Assembly: GCA_963713605.1 (NCBI GenBank)
Contig: CAVQMO010000001.1
Location: 1,100,802 to 1,164,801 of the forward strand
Length of the DNA: 64,000 bases
Direction of reading: 5' to 3'
Source: an uncultured Nitrososphaerales archaeon
Lineage (GTDB): Archaea > Thermoproteota > Nitrososphaeria > Nitrososphaerales > Nitrososphaeraceae
Part shown: one piece after another, positions 58,917 through 64,000 of the stretch
Numbering within the stretch: the first letter of the stretch is position 1
Layout of the letters: every line of letters starts with the position of its first letter
The notes under the pieces: model-generated
Databases searched by the model: none
What the model was told of the DNA's origin: nothing
Seen by the model: only the letters and a program-made list of their open reading frames with translations
Program-made: the position numbers and the translations under genes

Positions 58917-59178
58917 CTACTTTTTTCCGTTATCGTCGTTGCCCAACGCAGGGAAAACTTGGTCTGCTGCTAATGATACTGCATTTTCGTCACCTTGAAT
59001 CTGTGAATCAACGTTCTGACATCCCACATTGAGTGGTAATTCTCCGTTTCCACAAGCATTTGATTGTGAGATTGCTTGGTTCCTTTCGTATGCATATGCA
59101 CTGTCTGCTGTTATTGCTGTTGTTCCTACTAATGTTGCTGCCTATTACTGCTGCCATTGCGATATATTTGAAGTTCAT
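58917..59178 (-). CDS. Small secreted Cys-pair peptide P4 (+1 frameshift near 59142)
   Basis: MNFKYIAMAAVI/AATLVGTTAITADSAYA then YERNQAISQSNACGNGELPLNVGCQNVDSQIQGDENAVSLAADQVFP. Confidence 0.88.
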
Positions 59179-59383
59179 GTTTTTTCTTGCCAAGTTGTGA
59201 GTGCATTATGTTTATGTAGATTAGGCAAAATCAGGCCATTACTTAAATCTGATAATTATTATATTAGAACGACTCAAAACTGGAAAATACTTATCATATA
59301 TTTTGTATCCTAAATTAGAACATATTATTGAGAAGATTAGTGTGTACTGAGAAGAATTGTCTACCTTACTAATCACGCTGCAC

Positions 59384-60377
59384 TTACCCACTTTCGTGGG
59401 ATGGTAAATTCACAACCACATATTTCAGATCTGCAGTATTTACGGGAGCAACATCACAAAGTAATTGGAAAGCACCAGGGGGGCCTGTAGCGTCTGCTAC
59501 CTGACAAACTTGGTTAGTGGAAATAGGCATTACAGAAGCAATTACATATGTTGTAGCCCTGCTTCCGATGGCAGGATCTGATATACTAAAAATTTTATCC
59601 ACTCCATCTGGGTCCCATCCTACGGCATGTCCAGCAGGAGAATCAAATACAGTTACTCTCTTCATAAAACTTTCTGCAGGCTTTGTTAACGTTATACTAT
59701 TATCAGATATCTTTGGGGTTGTTACTGCATTATTTGCTATTGCATTGGGCCCTATCTGTTCTATTAGATACCCAGCAGATTGTGTGGGCCCGTCGATTAT
59801 AGCGTTGGCTGCATTTCTAGTGGTAACTGTAACCTTGTAGTTATGGTTTGGACTTGATGGATTTATAATATTTGCAAATTCTAGTCTTATCTTAGTGCCT
59901 GCAGGTACGTTAATAGCATTGTTCACTGTATACGTTAATGTTTGTCCAGACTTACCTACGGTACCAGGCCCTATGCCTTGTGCTTCATTAAAACTAGCAC
60001 TAGAGGGTACTGGTACCAGCAGGAAAAGTCACTTGTATCTTCTTGATGGCACCTGAAGTAATTGTTACAAAGACAATATCGTAGAATGCTTTTCGTTTTA
60101 CTATATCATTTGTTGGTCTTGCACTCACAGATCCTAGTGCTGCCTGAGTAGTGAAATCACCATCTTTTCCATCCTGACCTATCGTTGAAGGGGCAGAGGG
60201 GATTGTGTTGGCAGCAGGTAGAGGTGAAGAAGAAGAAGCCGCACCTAATACTGGATTAACTAGCATGACGATAGGTGAAAATATAACCAGAAGCGTAATA
60301 ATGAAAGATAAACCAAATTTCATTCCTGAGTATTTTAGTGGTTTGAATAACCTTCCTGACTTACATTCTATCGACAT
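59384..60377 (-). CDS. Fibre-family paralog D: core, 2 shaft repeats, divergent tip type 1 (frameshift near 60010)
   Basis: ORFs 60000..60377 and 59384..59926; tip FMKRVT...GWDPDG...C...C...LKYVVVNLP. Confidence 0.88.
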
Positions 60378-60395
60378 ATAATGCAGATTTGGTTA

Positions 60396-60432
60396 ATCCA
60401 ACTTATCTGCAGTTAGAGACTCTTATTACCCA
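60396..60432 (-). promoter_or_regulatory. Conserved upstream element GGGTAA-N~16-GCAGATAAG of fibre gene D
   Basis: CAGATAA ends 26 nt before the ATG; same spacing in E and F. Confidence 0.75.
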
Positions 60433-60566
60433 GTTTAATCTTAGAATTTGACTTGAACATTCAAAAAGTTGATTTATTGATATAAGACTTTTAATAAGCT
60501 GAAGAATCTTACCACGTGAAAAAAGGGATGTGGACAGTCATTTAGGCGGTAAGAGAATATCCATTT

Positions 60567-61603
60567 TCAAGGAAATGGTTGAAGGCACATAGCAAAGGTT
60601 TGGAAGCTACGACTAACAGCGTCAGTATTGAACATCTCGATTGTCCAACCATTCGGCGGAACCCGACTGCTTTTGCTGAGAATCATATTGTCTTCAGCAG
60701 AGCATTATTTACGAGAAAACCTCCGCCTGTGACCTGCTCACCCGCTTCACAGAACACGCTCTGGCTATCGCTGGTGCCTGGAGGTACATTGTGCAGACTA
60801 CCAATTCTTTCATCAACATTAGGTATCACTGCATTATCAGCTATCTTGCTTGTTGTCACAGCATTATCTTCAATCTTAGGTGTTGTAACAGCATTATCTG
60901 CTATCTTTGGGGTTGTTATACTGTTTTCAGCGATAACATTGGCACCAATCTGCTTCATCGTATATGCCGTAGATTGAGTTGGACCGTCTATTATGGCGTT
61001 AGCCGAATTTCTAGTTGTAACTGTTACTTGATAGTTAGCACTACTGGAATAGGATTATTGATATTTGCAAATTCTAGTCTTATCTTTGTACCTGCAGGTA
61101 CATTTACAGCATTGGTTACAGTATATGTTATTGTCTGTCCAGTGATTCACTAATGCAATGCCAGGACCTATTCCTTCTGCTTCATTAAGAATAGCACTGC
61201 TTGGTATTGTGGTACCAGCAGGGAAGGTAACCTAATCTTCTTAATTGTCCCTGCAGTAGCCGTTAGAAATACAACGTCATAGAAAGAGTTAGTATTTACA
61301 ATATTATTTGTCGGTCTTGCTGTAAGGGAACCAATGGCTGCTTGAGTAGTAAAATCTGAATCTAAAGGTGAAACATTAGTAGGCGACGTTGTAGGAGATG
61401 TAGATCGGTCTCCTAATGAGAATGCAGAATGTTGGTTGCTAGTATCAATATTATTACTATTGGCTGATACTAATACGGGATTTAAGAAGATCAAAATAGG
61501 AGACGACATTACCATAAACGTAATAATCAAAGTTAAACCGAGCCTTGATCCTGATCCAGTCAACAGTATTGAACGATGATCCTGGTGAGTATCCTACCTT
61601 CAT
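60567..61603 (-). CDS. Fibre-family paralog E: core, about 4 shaft repeats, tip type 2 (frameshifts)
   Basis: IAENSITTPKIADNAVTTPKIEDNAVTTSKIADNAV; tip FCEAGEQVTGGGF...W...FAMCLQPFP-stop. Confidence 0.85.
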
Positions 61604-61621
61604 GCATCACAGGTTTGGCTA

Positions 61622-61690
61622 TTCCAACTTATCTGCGGTTAGAGACTCTTGTTACCCATATTAGTCATAGATTTCATCTCGAACATTCGA
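61622..61690 (-). promoter_or_regulatory. Same upstream element, fibre gene E
   Basis: Near-identical to 62822..62890; TTATCTG at 61629, ATG at 61603. Confidence 0.75.
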
Positions 61691-61901
61691 AGTATCAATA
61701 AATATATACACATTTGATTGTGACTAATGCCAGAACTGAAGGCTTGAAAGCCGTATTACTACAGTTTCAATCCTCTCTGCTATCAACCTATGTACCTCAT
61801 TATGGTGGTTGCTTCAATATATATAGCGGTTGAAAACATCAGTCTTTTTCAGGATTTGAACGCATTTTGTGTAATCATTCTGAACGCATCAGCACTTACG
61901 C

Positions 61902-62803
61902 CTATGGCATCGCAGCCATACATTCTGCACGAACGAAGAAAGATAGTGTGTCAGTTGGATGTGAGTTATACATTACTACCTGCCACTCAGTAGAGGTTGT
62001 GATGGCCCCTTGAAGCTCTGCTGTTGGGTGAAGGAACGGTTCGCTGTCTGGCTGGACTCCATAACCTCCCCCGACGACCGCCTCACCCGGTAGACAAAAA
62101 GCAGAGTTAACCCTGAATTGCCCAGCAGGTACGCCTCTTAGATCACCCTCCCTCATTGTAATTGTAGGTTTAATTGCGCCCTTAGCTATGGCGTTTGCAC
62201 CTATCTGTTTGATCGTATAAGCAGTAGATTGTGTGGGACCATCTATAATAGCGTTGGCTGCATTTCTAGTTGTAACCGTTACCTTATAGTTAGCACCTGG
62301 ATTTAGTGGATTGTTAATATTTGCGAACTCTAACCTTATCTTTGTACCTGCAGGAACATTGACAGCATTAGTTACCGTATAAGTTATTGTCTGTCCAGAT
62401 TTACTTAGCAGTACCAGGACCTATTCCTTCTGCTTCATTGAAGAAAGCACTACTTGGTATTGTGGTACCAGCTGGGAAGGTCACCTGTATAGTCTTGATA
62501 GCACCTGCAGTAGCTGTTAGAAATACAACATCGTAGAAGGAGTTTGTATTTACAATGTTGTTGGTGGGTCTAGCCGAAAGAGAACTTATAGCTGCTTGAG
62601 TACTAAAATCACTCCCGTCCTGGCTTATCGTTGAAGGTACTGAAGTACTACCATCAGTAGTCGAAGCTGCTGACACAGGATTAACTAACATAAAGATAGG
62701 TGACGATATGACCATAAGCGTAATAATCAATGCTAAACCAAGTCTTAATCCTGAGCGTAGTCAGCGATTTGAACGGTGATCCTAGTGAATATCCCCTTAT
62801 CAT
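61902..62803 (-). CDS. Fibre-family paralog F: core, minimal shaft, tip type 2 (frameshifts)
   Basis: Core 62200-62590; IGANAIAKGAIKP; tip FCLPGEAVVGGGY...W...AECMAAMP. Confidence 0.85.
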
Positions 62804-62821
62804 ATATTACAGGCTTGGTTA

Positions 62822-62890
62822 ATCCGACTTATCTGCGGTTAGAGACTCTTGTTACCCATATTAGTCATAGATTTCGTCTTGAACATTCAA
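62822..62890 (-). promoter_or_regulatory. Same upstream element, fibre gene F
   Basis: TTATCTG at 62829, ATG at 62803. Confidence 0.75.
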
Positions 62891-63013
62891 TGTATCCATT
62901 GATATATACTATTGTGATTGCAATAACAACCTCAAAGCCTCAGATAAGACATCTCAATATTGCAGATCAACTATATTCATGACATCTGCTAATCCGCTAT
63001 ACCCTAAAGTTAT

Positions 63014-63380
63014 CTAATGTGTCAGTTCTTTGGAGGCTCGTAGTTGCATAAGGAAGCCTGAATGAATCAAGGATATCATCATGTGATGTCTGTTGCTTGT
63101 CCAGCTTCCAGTCATCATCACAACTGCTGTCCTTAGTGACACTACTAACTTCTGAAGCAATGGATGAATCTTGATGAACCTTTTAGACATTAATGTATAG
63201 GTCCACTGCAACATTTCTCTGTGTCTCTTCTGAAAGTTGACAGGTATTATTTGCATATCGCCTCGTCTCATCAACCAGAGCTGCTCTTCCGTGTAATAAT
63301 GATTTCTCGTACTCATCTATTCCTCTCTTTATTTCTCTGATGACTTCAGGATTTGCACCATCTACATATAACTCGTTATC
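63014..63380 (-). pseudogene. Relic resembling the C-terminal nuclease domain of a viral terminase large subunit
   Basis: Across frames: LYVDGANPEVIREIK, IIPVNF, IKIHP..QKLVVSLRTAV, KLDKQQTSHDDILDSFRL. Confidence 0.6.
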
Positions 63381-63639
63381 TGGTGTTTGTGTTTCAGTTG
63401 TAAGATGTGATTTATTATCTGATAAGGCTAGATCCGCACCCAATGTTGCCGAAACCTAAATCACTATCTAATAGTCCACCTGCTTGTGCTATTGCGTTAC
63501 CCGCCCTTGCTATTGCTCCGCCTCCACCTGCCGATGCTGATGCGTTTCCTATACCCATACCCCTCCTGTCCCAATACCACGATGCCGCCATCCTTTTCTT
63601 ATGATACTGCTATTCTTGGAAATCTATTATCAGAGAGAT

Positions 63640-64000
63640 AATAGTTACTGAGACTTGACAATTGAGGTTCGAACGTTGCACCCCTGTCCGTACTCATACT
63701 ATAGTTTATTGCAATGTTTTCCTGCCATACTACATATACATTATTCCCTGAGACAGCTATGTCAGGAGCCGTCGAAATTCCTGCCCTATACTCAGATTCG
63801 TCGTTATGTCAAAGTTGACTCCTCCATCTAGACTCCTTCTGTAGAATATTTCATCATTGGTTGCAGTATCATCTATCCATACTACATGAATATTATTGCC
63901 GGATACAGCGATAGATGGGAAATTCGAATTCGTGGCATCGTTGCTTATATTTACTGTAGCATCAAAGGTTACTCCACCGTCTATACTCCTTCTATATAAT
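63640..64000 (-). CDS. 3' end of another BNR/sialidase-like propeller protein (partial, frameshifted)
   Basis: RRSIDGGVTF...NISND...PSIAVSGNNIHVVW.D...EIFYRRSLDGG. Confidence 0.8.

Noticed and set aside
47980..59145. Programmed frameshift shared by peptides P3 and P4
   Set aside because: The inserted base differs in position, there is no slippery heptamer, and the same GCWGC error hits cdc48.
42472..59178. RiPP precursor interpretation of the Cys-pair peptides
   Set aside because: Leaders look like Sec signal peptides with AxA sites; no adjacent modification enzymes or dedicated transporters.
53491..62803. Shufflon or invertase-driven tip switching
   Set aside because: All copies are co-oriented whole genes with their own upstream elements; no inverted cassettes or recombinase seen.
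61603..62803. Exact 1200-bp spacing between the E and F start codons
   Set aside because: Other spacings in the array differ; treated as coincidence.
848..62982. Numerous antisense or alternate-frame ORFs (e.g. 848, 8520, 24815, 32930, 35198, 41015, 55889, 60579)
   Set aside because: Shadows of real genes on the other strand or frame, or produced by low-complexity repeats.
1..64000. Genome-wide pseudogenisation
   Set aside because: Lesions in long genes are 1-2 nt indels and hit housekeeping genes such as cdc48; sequencing error is more likely. True relics are listed separately.

Overview
Archaeal chromosome segment, AT-rich. Gene content and style (Cdc48/VAT, cupredoxins, PQQ sugar dehydrogenase, HtrA proteases, wHTH and Lrp regulators, BNR/sialidase-like propellers) point to a soil ammonia-oxidising thaumarchaeon of the Nitrososphaeraceae; this is an inference. 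Many genes are split by 1-2 nt indels, most likely long-read consensus errors, so I report reconstructed genes rather than ORF-track pieces. After a few housekeeping genes (1-6.7 kb) the window is an accessory region dominated by secreted and surface proteins. Main observations: (1) a tandem array at 53.5-62.8 kb of six paralogous secreted fibre-like genes, each with a highly conserved ~125-aa core, a variable number of tail-fibre-like 10-aa shaft repeats and one of three unrelated C-terminal tip types; one copy carries an N-terminal zinc protease; an orphan tip cassette lies at 48.1 kb and a terminase-like relic at 63 kb; (2) four dispersed small secreted Gln/Asn-rich peptides with a conserved Cys pair, mostly missed by the ORF track; (3) two positionally conserved non-canonical upstream motifs shared among these and unrelated secreted genes, suggesting a surface or coat regulon; (4) poly-Ala silk-like secreted proteins; (5) indel errors clustering at GCWGC, a possible footprint of DNA methylation. 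I saw no intact rRNA, tRNA, CRISPR array, integrase, transposase or reverse transcriptase. Family assignments come from motif recognition only; no database searches were run.
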